Below, in pieces: positions 56,185-64,000 of a stretch of 64,000 nt of DNA. Under the pieces are notes generated by a model. The model was not told where the DNA came from and ran no database searches. It was given only the letters and a program-made list of their open reading frames with translations. Origin of the DNA: a virus; IMG/VR virus record IMGVR_UViG_3300017917_002237, positions 4,173 through 68,172 of that record. The stretch is one strand, 5' to 3'. Made by a program: the position numbers and the translations under genes. Position 1 is the first letter of the stretch, and every line of letters starts with the position of its first letter.

Positions 56185-56589
56185 ATGTCATATACAAATA
56201 ATCCAACTTCGATACTAGCAGGAGCAGGTATTACCATTACGCCAACAACGGGCACAGGTGCCAATACTATTACTATTAGTTCTAGTGGTATTTCTCCATT
56301 AGCAGTTAGAATTGCCGTGGCTACTCCTGTGGCGATTAGTGCGACAACTGACGAGGTTATCAGTGTACAAGTACCTGGCCCAATTGCAGTAACCGCAAAC
56401 TTGCCAGCAGGTGTTTTAGGTCAAGTGTTTACTATTAAAGATGGTCTAGGCTTGGCTGCTCCGGCGACACCTATTACAATTAACCCCAGCGGTGCTGACA
56501 CAATCGATGGTGCGGCATCTGCTACAATTAATGCACCCTTTGGTTCATTGACCTTAGTTTTTGATGGCGGGCAGTGGATACTGATTTAA
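56185..56589 (+). CDS. Small fibre-like protein with shared C-terminal beta domain
   Basis: AGAGITIT; NLPAG..GQVFTIKDG.G..INAPFGSLTLVFDGGQW. Confidence 0.7.
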   Translation: MSYTNNPTSILAGAGITITPTTGTGANTITISSSGISPLAVRIAVATPVAISATTDEVISVQVPGPIAVTANLPAGVLGQVFTIKDGLGLAAPATPITINPSGADTIDGAASATINAPFGSLTLVFDGGQWILI

Positions 56590-56590
56590 A

Positions 56591-57082
56591 ATGGCATACA
56601 ACAGACCGCCTAATGTAGTGTTAGCAGGAACGGCATTGAGGCAAAATCCTCTGCCTACGCCTGTGGCACCTGCTGGTATTATTCCTGTAGAACTCGATGC
56701 AGAAATAGCCAGCAAAACACAACTTGGTGTGGTCAAAATTGGCGACGGGATTGATGTAACACCAGAAGGTGTTATCAGTGTTAGCAGTTTTAGTGGAGGC
56801 TGTAACACAATACTAGTGGGAGAAGACTATGAATGTGAGAGTGATGATTGCTATATTGGTGTTCATAGTATTGGACCGGTTACTGTTTCACTTCCCGTGG
56901 ATATATCAGACGGTCATCAAATAGTTGTCAAAGCAGAAATGGGGCCGCCCATTGGCAATAGAAAAGTTACCATTAATACGCTGGATGGTTCATTGATTGA
57001 TGATGATCCAACGTGTGTTCTATCTGTACCTTATGAAAGTGTACATTTAATTTATAGAGGTGCCGCCTGGCACATTATTTAA
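56591..57082 (+). CDS. Small fibre-like protein with shared C-terminal beta domain
   Basis: LGVVKIGDGIDV; SLP..G..VVK..PYESVHLIYRGAAW. Confidence 0.7.
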   Translation: MAYNRPPNVVLAGTALRQNPLPTPVAPAGIIPVELDAEIASKTQLGVVKIGDGIDVTPEGVISVSSFSGGCNTILVGEDYECESDDCYIGVHSIGPVTVSLPVDISDGHQIVVKAEMGPPIGNRKVTINTLDGSLIDDDPTCVLSVPYESVHLIYRGAAWHII

Positions 57083-57091
57083 GGATACGAT

Positions 57092-57793
57092 ATGTCTTAC
57101 CTAAGTCAGCCAACGTCCACGACAGAATATGGGGTAGTTAAAATTGGTAGCTACGTCGATGTTCTAGACGGCGTAATTAGTCTACCACAAAATGTCAGTA
57201 CCACAGCAGACGTTGTGTTTGATACTGTATCTGGTAATGAGTTATACGATAATAGCAAAAGAGTTATAACCGCATTAACGCCTACAGCAGGCACGGGTAT
57301 TAGTGTAACGGGTGCGACCACTACGGGGCCTAGTGCATCATTTACTGTTAATAACACAGGTGTTTTAAGTACAGCAGCAGGTGCAGGTATCAGTGTTAGT
57401 TCTGCTACGGGTCCAGTGACCATTGCCAATACTGGAGTTTTGAGTGTAACGGCGGGGTCCGGTATTAGCCTAAGTGGTTCAACCGGTAACATCACGATCA
57501 GCAGTTTTGGTGCTGACTTAATCAATGTCATTGGTGTTACCAGCAACTATACAGCAACGCTGACAGACGAATATATTGGCGTTAGTTCAGCCACCGCTGT
57601 TACTATTACACTGCCTGCAGGTGTTGACGGTCGAGTCTACACTATCAAAGATGAATACGGCCAGGGTAGTGGTAAAATTACCATTCAACCTCAGGCAGGA
57701 GCAAAGATTGATAAAGCCACAAGCTATATTATCAATGTACCATTTCAAAGTGTACAAGTTGTCTACAGAGCAGGCAATTGGTGGATCATGTAA
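57092..57793 (+). CDS. Fibre-like protein with beta-spiral-type repeats and shared C-terminal domain
   Basis: YGVVKIG; AGTGISV / AGAGISV / AGSGISL repeats; TLPAG..GRVYTIKD..PFQSVQVVYRAGNW. Confidence 0.7.
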   Translation: MSYLSQPTSTTEYGVVKIGSYVDVLDGVISLPQNVSTTADVVFDTVSGNELYDNSKRVITALTPTAGTGISVTGATTTGPSASFTVNNTGVLSTAAGAGISVSSATGPVTIANTGVLSVTAGSGISLSGSTGNITISSFGADLINVIGVTSNYTATLTDEYIGVSSATAVTITLPAGVDGRVYTIKDEYGQGSGKITIQPQAGAKIDKATSYIINVPFQSVQVVYRAGNWWIM

Positions 57794-57807
57794 TAAGGAG
57801 ATTTTAA

Positions 57808-58605
57808 ATGTATAAGAAAGTCACAGTAGTTAAAGAATATTTCAAAGAAGTACCAGATGATGCGTTAGTAGACTACACAGATGGTATAAATGGTGCCACA
57901 GAGTGGTATCCAGATAACGGATCATATGATGCAATGCAAATGAAAAAGGCAATGAAATACAAAAAAGGAATGAAGGCTGGCAAAAATCTTAAAGCAGCCA
58001 ATGTATTTTCTACAGTGGATCCAGAAAATACAGAAGTTGGAGTAGCGATAAGAATGGGCTCTAGAGACTTCTTTACTAGATATAATAATTTACTAAGAGA
58101 TTATATTGTTAGTAAATCAAGCAAGCACGAAGACGCTGAAACTATTAAAGGATTGCTAGAACTTCATGCAAGAACCATTGGAACAGTAGTGACCACATGG
58201 TATAGACCAGAAAACGTAACAGCATTTGCAAATTCCTTTGTATCATTACATAGTGCTGCTATACCAGCATTAGATGCTCGTATTGCAGGTACAGACAGTG
58301 CCGGCGCCATGGATCAATTCATGGCCACAGCGGGACAATTCAGTACTGCACTCTCAAGTCTAAATGCATTTCCAGCAGCAAACACCTGGCCAGCCGAAGG
58401 CGTCAAGGACATAATGGTTAGTTTTGTCAACAGCGTAATAAGGCAAATAGATGCACGTAAAACCAAGGATTGGGATACCGATCAATCTGCCGCTAAAGTA
58501 ACGTATAACATACTTGTTTCAGGTCTACCTACTGGCATGGCGGGATTCGCTGATGTACTATCAAAAGGTGTGATTGTAGAAAACCCATGGAGATTCAACC
58601 TGTGA
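57808..58605 (+). CDS. Predicted all-helical bundle protein
   Basis: AAGGAG RBS; amphipathic helices (LLRDYIVS, IGTVVTTWY, QIDARKTKDW). Confidence 0.6.
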   Translation: MYKKVTVVKEYFKEVPDDALVDYTDGINGATEWYPDNGSYDAMQMKKAMKYKKGMKAGKNLKAANVFSTVDPENTEVGVAIRMGSRDFFTRYNNLLRDYIVSKSSKHEDAETIKGLLELHARTIGTVVTTWYRPENVTAFANSFVSLHSAAIPALDARIAGTDSAGAMDQFMATAGQFSTALSSLNAFPAANTWPAEGVKDIMVSFVNSVIRQIDARKTKDWDTDQSAAKVTYNILVSGLPTGMAGFADVLSKGVIVENPWRFNL

Positions 58606-59036
58606 AGGATAGTTTAGAATTACTGCGTATAGCAAGAGTCATTTTAAATTTTGAATATCAAGAACGTAGGCAACAAATGCACGACAGGTGGCTGGAAGAA
58701 TCTAATAAAATTTGGCGGGAAGGGGGATCATTTGTCCCCTATCCCAATACACCACTGTTCCCTGCAGAATCTGAAGTAGTTGATATGGCTAGAGCCCTAA
58801 AGAAATTTTTAGACTCTAGAAATAATACCGTTGAGTCTCCTGCTGAAGAATCTAAGGTGCCCGTGGCGCCACCAGAATTACCACCGGCCATGGAACAAGC
58901 AAGGCCGGTGGTTCCTGTGTTTCCCATGGAGCCAATAGAAACAGATCCTGACCGTGTCGAGCAAATAACAAAAAAAGTTACGGAAGTGCCTATAGATGAT
59001 GTCGAAGAGGTTGAAGTTAAAAAAGAGTCCATTTGA
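58587..59036 (+). CDS. Helical protein related to 48714..48974 with Pro/Glu-rich tail
   Basis: LELLRIAR..FPAESEVVDMARALKKFL. Confidence 0.6.
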   Translation: MEIQPVKDSLELLRIARVILNFEYQERRQQMHDRWLEESNKIWREGGSFVPYPNTPLFPAESEVVDMARALKKFLDSRNNTVESPAEESKVPVAPPELPPAMEQARPVVPVFPMEPIETDPDRVEQITKKVTEVPIDDVEEVEVKKESI

Positions 59037-59739
59037 TATCAGAGACAGTTTGTATAAGTCCAATGGAGTAGGACTCAGAAGAACTGTGGATCTTAGAGAA
59101 TGGGATTCTCCAATAGAAGATCAAGGGGATCTAGGAAGTTGTGTGGGCAATGCATTTGCAAATGCCTACGAACTCATGCAAAGAAATCTGGATCCTGCGC
59201 ATTATGTGAATCTAAGTAGGCTTTTTATCTATTACAACAGCAGAGAGATGGAAAATAGCATCATGGAAGATGCCGGAGTATTACATCTAAGGCACGCACT
59301 AAAGGCACTAAAATTATACGGTATATGTCGTGAAGACATATGGCCCTATATTCCAGAAAAGTTTGATGATAAGCCCAGTCCAGAAGCCTATGCAGACGGC
59401 GTTAAAAGACAAATAAAACAGTATGAATCACTTAGCACAATAACGGACATGCTAGAGGCCCTGGCAATGAACAAGCCCATAGTATTAGGCATGAATATCT
59501 ATCAAGACTTTCTAGATTTAACGCCTAACAATAGCATAATAAAGGTACCAGAATATCCTGCGTCTTCACTTGGTACACATGCATTAATAGTTGTTGGTTA
59601 TTCTTTGGCTGAACAACACTTTTTAGTAAAAAATAGTTTTGGAACCGGCTGGGGTATGAACGGCTATGCCTGGATGCCTTTTGAATACGTAAAAAGCGAT
59701 GTATTTGAACGCTGGATATTTGATATAGCTGACCAATGA
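58996..59739 (+). CDS. Papain-family (C1) cysteine peptidase
   Basis: DQGDLGSC, SRLFIYYN, THALIVVGY, KNSFGTGWG..GY. Confidence 0.9.
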   Translation: MMSKRLKLKKSPFDIRDSLYKSNGVGLRRTVDLREWDSPIEDQGDLGSCVGNAFANAYELMQRNLDPAHYVNLSRLFIYYNSREMENSIMEDAGVLHLRHALKALKLYGICREDIWPYIPEKFDDKPSPEAYADGVKRQIKQYESLSTITDMLEALAMNKPIVLGMNIYQDFLDLTPNNSIIKVPEYPASSLGTHALIVVGYSLAEQHFLVKNSFGTGWGMNGYAWMPFEYVKSDVFERWIFDIADQ

Positions 59740-59761
59740 AAAAGGCCACTAGTGGCCTTTT
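59740..59761. terminator. Bidirectional intrinsic terminator
   Basis: AAAAGGCCACTAGTGGCCTTTT between convergent genes. Confidence 0.75.
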
Positions 59762-59780
59762 GTTTGGTATCATAATTTAA

Positions 59781-60698
59781 TTAAAAATTATGTTCAACAC
59801 CAAAACCTAATTGCTTACGATCGTTCGCTGCAACAACGGAATCATCCATGCGATATCTTGCATGCAAGAATGTTCTCTTGGAGAGTGAGTAAGTTAAACC
59901 CAGGTTATATGCTTTTACCTGATTAGATGCTAGTGCACCTGTTTTCTCAGAATAGGAAGCAAGACCAACTAGATTGTTTCCTAGTTGCTGGCGTACACCA
60001 AAACTCTTACCGGTAGAGTCAACGCCTCTTACTTTGTCATCACTATACATAGCATGCAAAGTTGTTCCTTTTACAATCTGATATCTAGCGCCATAGTGGG
60101 TAGACTTAGAATTGATTGCATCATTGGTGAACTGTGCAACACCGACGCTACCTGCACCAAGTGTATAGTCTGCACCCCAGGATTGTACGTTTTTTACACC
60201 AGCAGTTTCACTAAATGTGTGGTTGAATGCAAGTGCTAGACCTTTTACTGGTGTAGCGCCAATGAATGCTGTGTTACTTACACGGCTGTCATGCAATTGA
60301 TGTATAACATCTGTACTGCTGCCGAAAACAAAACCACCCATTACATCATATTTGTCGTTTAGTCTGGCCACAGTGTGCTTGGCGCGGCCGAGGTCTAAGC
60401 TAACAAATTTGTTTGCCAAACCAACTAGTGACTCCCTGTCGCCCAGACTGGTTGCCGCTGGTGCGTCGATAATAACGTTTGTTTCAACGTTAAATCTTGC
60501 AACAAGGCCGCCGCCTAGATTTTCTGAACCCCTAACACCAAATCTGCTTCTGTCATTGGTAATACGAGAAACGCTGTCTGCTGTACCAACTTTATCAGTT
60601 TCTTGATACATTCTCATTCTACCATAAACTTCAACAGACTGAGCACTGGCAAAACCAGACACTAGTGCTAGTACGGTTGCAATTGCGAATTTTTTCAT
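59781..60698 (-). CDS. Gram-negative trimeric porin (Betaproteobacteria type)
   Basis: Signal peptide ASAQSVEVYG; SRFGVRGSENLGGGL; YSLSKRT; terminal GVEHNF. Confidence 0.9.
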   Translation of the reverse strand: MKKFAIATVLALVSGFASAQSVEVYGRMRMYQETDKVGTADSVSRITNDRSRFGVRGSENLGGGLVARFNVETNVIIDAPAATSLGDRESLVGLANKFVSLDLGRAKHTVARLNDKYDVMGGFVFGSSTDVIHQLHDSRVSNTAFIGATPVKGLALAFNHTFSETAGVKNVQSWGADYTLGAGSVGVAQFTNDAINSKSTHYGARYQIVKGTTLHAMYSDDKVRGVDSTGKSFGVRQQLGNNLVGLASYSEKTGALASNQVKAYNLGLTYSLSKRTFLHARYRMDDSVVAANDRKQLGFGVEHNF

Positions 60699-60781
60699 AA
60701 TTGTTTTCCTTTGGTTGATAGGCTTTCGCCTAAAGTAATATTTAATACATTTTTTCTAACATTAATGTAGTGTTTTAATGA

Positions 60782-60805
60782 AAAAGACCACCGAGGTGGT
60801 CTTTT
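60782..60805 (-). terminator. Terminator of tmRNA
   Basis: AAAAGACCACC-GA-GGTGGTCTTTT with T-run on minus strand. Confidence 0.7.
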
Positions 60806-61110
60806 GGTTGTTTCTGTTTATTGGTATTTCCTACCTCAGCATGCCTCAAGCGGCAAGTGCGAATACTTCGTCGTTTGCGAGTATTAATTTTGCTTCATTT
60901 ACGTCGATCGCCTGACGTGCTGTCCACTCTGTTACTCTTTGCCCTGTCGAAACCAGTCACCCCCATCAAAAGCATTCTGAGCCGAATCATGTGCGTCCAC
61001 AATCTTGTTCAAAGTGTTTATACACTTACTACAGAGATGCTTTTGGTGGAGGTGGGGAGAATCGAACTCCCGTCCAAGACCTGTTTCACTTCACTTCATA
61101 CAGCAATAAC
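60806..61110 (-). ncRNA. ssrA: Circularly permuted two-piece tmRNA, tag ANDEVFALAA
   Basis: Acceptor piece ends ...GGACGGGAGTTCGATTCTCCCCACCTCCACCA (61044) and precedes 5' piece GGGGGTGACTGGTTTCGAC (60964); G3:U70 pair; tag at 60878-60846; outer boundaries approximate. Confidence 0.9.
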
Positions 61111-61209
61111 TATTAGTGCACAAGTCCGTAGACAGTGCACCAAATTTCTAATGCCAATTTATATCCTATATATAAACCCATTAATGCCAGAGGAATAATT
61201 GTAAGTCGT

Positions 61210-61356
61210 TTAATTGTCATAGGGTTTTAAAAAATCGTCATCTTTTGAATCTTCTTCAAACTTTGTCCAATCATAGGTCACAACTTTGTAAACCCAATAA
61301 CCATGCAGACCTAAAATTAAGGCTGCAAGTGAAATATTACTCAACGCTGATAGCAT
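61210..61356 (-). CDS. 48-aa membrane peptide (not in ORF track)
   Basis: MLSALSNISLAALILGLHGYWVYKVVTYDWTKFEEDSK... Confidence 0.4.
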   Translation of the reverse strand: MLSALSNISLAALILGLHGYWVYKVVTYDWTKFEEDSKDDDFLKPYDN

Positions 61357-61676
61357 GTGCGTTCACGTACAATTGTACCATCTGGTTGTTGAATTTCTCG
61401 CCATGCACTGCAACCGGTAGCATATGTATCTGGTTGTACGACAACAGGTGCAGGTACAGGAGCAGGTTGTACTACAACTGGAGGCTGATCTACAATAACT
61501 TGCGGTCTAGTAATAGCATATGTTACTACACCGCCAATCACCATAGGCGCTACCCAACCATAGCCAGGATGCCAATGTCTGTAATGCCTATGGCCGTGTG
61601 GACCATATCCATGATGTTGAGCAAAAGCAGGCGTAATGGCCGCCGCTGTTAAAATGAGGGCAATTAATTTTTTCAT
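61341..61676 (-). CDS. Exported His/Pro-rich protein
   Basis: Signal peptide; GWVAPMVIGGVV; QPPVVVQP; Cys pair; AAGGAG RBS. Confidence 0.7.
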   Translation of the reverse strand: MKKLIALILTAAAITPAFAQHHGYGPHGHRHYRHWHPGYGWVAPMVIGGVVTYAITRPQVIVDQPPVVVQPAPVPAPVVVQPDTYATGCSAWREIQQPDGTIVRERTCYQR

Positions 61677-61727
61677 AGCCGTCTCCTTCGTATATATTTA
61701 ACGCCTTAGGCACTAAATGCGTTTACA

Positions 61728-62585
61728 TCAAGTCCAAAGACTATTTCTGACTTTGATCAAACGAATCATCATTTGTTCGTCTTCTTTTTCGTAATCGGCT
61801 TCAATCTTGCGAAGTTTCTTAAGAGCCAGATCTGACATTTTACGAAGTTCTTTGGTTTCTCCCTTGCTAGAAAACAAACTCATTTCCCCTGCACCGTTCT
61901 CCTCAGCAATCTTACGCTTTAGATCACAGTAAGTACTCCACCCACTTGCTTCATACGGGTCAGGACGATTGCGGTAAACTTCAGTCCACCACTTGTACAG
62001 TGCTAGGATTTCAATAGCTTTCTCTGCTTGTGGCGTAGGTTTGCCAACATTTTTGCTACCAGGAGCACATTCATCTTCCTGCCAAACTAGTTCACTTTGC
62101 CACTTGAGATTGTCCAGACCGGCTTGTACACAACGCCATAGACGTACACGCCACCAGCCCACCGCCCACCAAGGCATGTTGTACTTGGCTCTATCTTCTC
62201 TGTTCCAGGCAAGATGCCACCAGGCTAGCTCCACTTCAACGAAATCAACAAGCTCATTGAATAGGCAAGGCAAAAAGCGGTTCCCTACGTCACACCACTG
62301 ACCAGGCTTAATATCCCGGGGATGGGCAGTAAGACTATGAGTGCGACTTACCCAACGATTGTTAATATAATATTTGATGTCATATAGTTTGTCTACGGGC
62401 CACCAAATAAAATTTTGTACTGCATCTAGTGCTTCCTCGGCAATCCAATAACGAATAGGATACTTTGTGCTGGCTTCTATGCGCCAGCTGTCCCAGTCGT
62501 CGCTGGTCTTGGCACCACCTTTTGGTGTGCCTCGCAACCAATCGGCGAATTCACTGCAACTCCAATAATTACTACGCTGAGCCAT
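61728..62585 (-). CDS. Conserved Trp-rich phage protein
   Basis: YWSCS.FADW; LFNELVDFVE; LYKWW; MMIRLIKVR.SLWT. Confidence 0.7.
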   Translation of the reverse strand: MAQRSNYWSCSEFADWLRGTPKGGAKTSDDWDSWRIEASTKYPIRYWIAEEALDAVQNFIWWPVDKLYDIKYYINNRWVSRTHSLTAHPRDIKPGQWCDVGNRFLPCLFNELVDFVEVELAWWHLAWNREDRAKYNMPWWAVGWWRVRLWRCVQAGLDNLKWQSELVWQEDECAPGSKNVGKPTPQAEKAIEILALYKWWTEVYRNRPDPYEASGWSTYCDLKRKIAEENGAGEMSLFSSKGETKELRKMSDLALKKLRKIEADYEKEDEQMMIRLIKVRNSLWT

Positions 62586-62910
62586 GTTTTAGCCTATAGA
62601 TAAATCTTGCTTCCATAATGAGTTTGGCGCTTTCGGGATCTGTCATCAACTCATCTAATTCGTGTATTCTTTGAATTATATCGAAAAAACTACTTTCAGG
62701 AACATCCATGCTGTACATATTTATGAGGTTGTATGTCATATAATCTTCGTACTTGTATATGTCATACTTTAAATTATATGCAGTATACGGAGCAACTTCA
62801 GCGACCTTTTTTGTTTTTACTTCAATGTTTTGAATATTATATTTGGCCACAAATTCTTTGGCTGCTACCATGTCTTTGTTTACTGTTGCCATTGATCCCA
62901 TTATTGACAT
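62572..62910 (-). CDS. Hypothetical phage protein
   Basis: Coupled ORF in run. Confidence 0.5.
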   Translation of the reverse strand: MSIMGSMATVNKDMVAAKEFVAKYNIQNIEVKTKKVAEVAPYTAYNLKYDIYKYEDYMTYNLINMYSMDVPESSFFDIIQRIHELDELMTDPESAKLIMEARFIYRLKHGSA

Positions 62911-63626
62911 AACAATTCTTTTATTCTATGTAGATTCTTATATGTCAAAACATTTTCTGACATTGATGCGATACTGTTCTTTATTATACGCATTTTTTCT
63001 TCTGTGTCAACATACTCGCGTAGTGGCAACACAACAGTCTTTATCAAAAACACACTAGTTTCACCGATTTTGACAGTATCAAAAGTTTGGTGTTCGTATC
63101 GAAAATATAAGTCATCAATTGATTCTGGAATCGGTGCCTTATAGTTTGGATGATTGCTTAAATTTGGATTGGCCGTTATGGTCCAGACATATCTATGCCA
63201 GGGTCCTTGACCATTAGACATCATTTCCGAAATACGATTACTTGCAGCCATTAACTCTGCATTGTCTGCCACTGGCTCATGTATTTCCATGAGAGTTTTC
63301 ATGGCCTTTTCATGTGGTGCCCAACCACTGGGAAAGGCAACAAAGGCTGCGGCCAAGCGGCCATGGTGCATGACCACAACGTCTTCTTCCAGTTTAGGAC
63401 CAAGCTCAAAAATGTCCACGGCATCTATGCCCAATTTTGCCGCCGTTTCTTTCACTGCCTGTTCTGCACTGGCATCTTGAAATGCCAGGCCAGGGATAGA
63501 GGTAACCTCTACAAGTTTTTGTTCAATATACTGTTTACTTGGATCTGAATTAAAAAGCGGCCCAGAAAGCCGCTTAAAATTTGGTCTAGTAGTATATGGT
63601 CGATCTTCTACTATAAAGTCCGTCAT
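62901..63626 (-). CDS. DUF3445 / heme-dependent oxidative N-demethylase alpha-like
   Basis: EEDVVV, FPSGW..K..L.EIHEPV, R.VWTI, LYFRYEHQTF. Confidence 0.7.
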   Translation of the reverse strand: MTDFIVEDRPYTTRPNFKRLSGPLFNSDPSKQYIEQKLVEVTSIPGLAFQDASAEQAVKETAAKLGIDAVDIFELGPKLEEDVVVMHHGRLAAAFVAFPSGWAPHEKAMKTLMEIHEPVADNAELMAASNRISEMMSNGQGPWHRYVWTITANPNLSNHPNYKAPIPESIDDLYFRYEHQTFDTVKIGETSVFLIKTVVLPLREYVDTEEKMRIIKNSIASMSENVLTYKNLHRIKELLCQ

Positions 63627-64000
63627 GTACGTTTACGTTCTGCTAGATACTGCTCGTTGTGAATCCATTTGTTCTTAACTAGGAAGCCCCACTCACGCTT
63701 TTGCGGGCCCGGCATAAAAAGAGTCCAGCATTCAACCGTGGGGTCTAGTTCAATTCTATGATAACTGGTGGCACTGCAAGTTCTGAAGTGGCCTGCGCCA
63801 CGCCAATGTTTGACTTCATCTACTTTTCTACCAATACTGTCAAATACAGGCACCCACTCCCAGTATCCACCTTTGAGGATTAAAGTAGCATAAGGCCATG
63901 GATGATCATGCACATCATCGGGGTCTGACTTAAGAAACTTGTGCAAGAACACATTGAATGGAAACCATGTTCTGTCGCGGAGAAATACATAATAGCGTTC
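63623..64000 (-). CDS. Cupin-fold protein (5' end probably outside window)
   Basis: FLHKFL.SD...HDHPW, LKGGYWE, YHRI, WTLF..GP..REWGF. Confidence 0.75.
   Translation of the reverse strand, partial: ERYYVFLRDRTWFPFNVFLHKFLKSDPDDVHDHPWPYATLILKGGYWEWVPVFDSIGRKVDEVKHWRGAGHFRTCSATSYHRIELDPTVECWTLFMPGPQKREWGFLVKNKWIHNEQYLAERKRT

Noticed and set aside
61044-61075. Apparent tRNA (T-arm plus CCA)
   Set aside because: No D or anticodon arm upstream; it is the acceptor piece of the permuted tmRNA
60821-61198. 125-aa + strand ORF
   Set aside because: Antisense to the tmRNA; no protein-like features
313-63548. Numerous overlapping opposite-strand ORFs in the track (e.g. 13616..14137, 15856..16416, 17078..17512, 41456..41869, 61245..61652)
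   Set aside because: Shadows of well-supported genes, lacking RBS and motifs

Overview
64 kb from a large, T4-like/jumbo tailed phage genome: dense small ORFs, sigma70-type early promoters, TAAATA late-type promoter boxes, a tail-fibre-like gene, standard genetic code. The host is probably a Betaproteobacterium, inferred from the trimeric porin, two Bug/TctC-like binding proteins and the tmRNA tag ANDEVFALAA. Blocks: (1) 0.15-12 kb, a biosynthetic-cluster-like island with a GNAT-ACP fusion, desaturase, B12-type radical SAM, five 2OG-Fe(II)-like oxygenases, three PP-loop ATPases, Bug/TctC and AdoMet decarboxylase, flanked by a CAT-anticodon tRNA and TilS. (2) 12.7-36 kb, an early region with a repeated promoter family, two paralog arrays and two box-bracketed structured non-coding elements. 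(3) 37-41 kb, proteostasis/translation genes (ClpS, Hsp20 with a ROSE-like leader, bS21, IF3, ClpX; ClpP lies at 19.5 kb). (4) 42.6-47.8 kb, fibre, subtilase and radical SAM. (5) 47.8-51.7 kb, apt and an ahpC/ahpD operon. (6) 51.9-59.7 kb, two LuxR-type regulators followed by a Gly/Gln-rich protein, five small collagen/fibre proteins and a papain-like protease. (7) A porin and a circularly permuted two-piece tmRNA. All product calls come from motif recognition by eye; no database searches were run.
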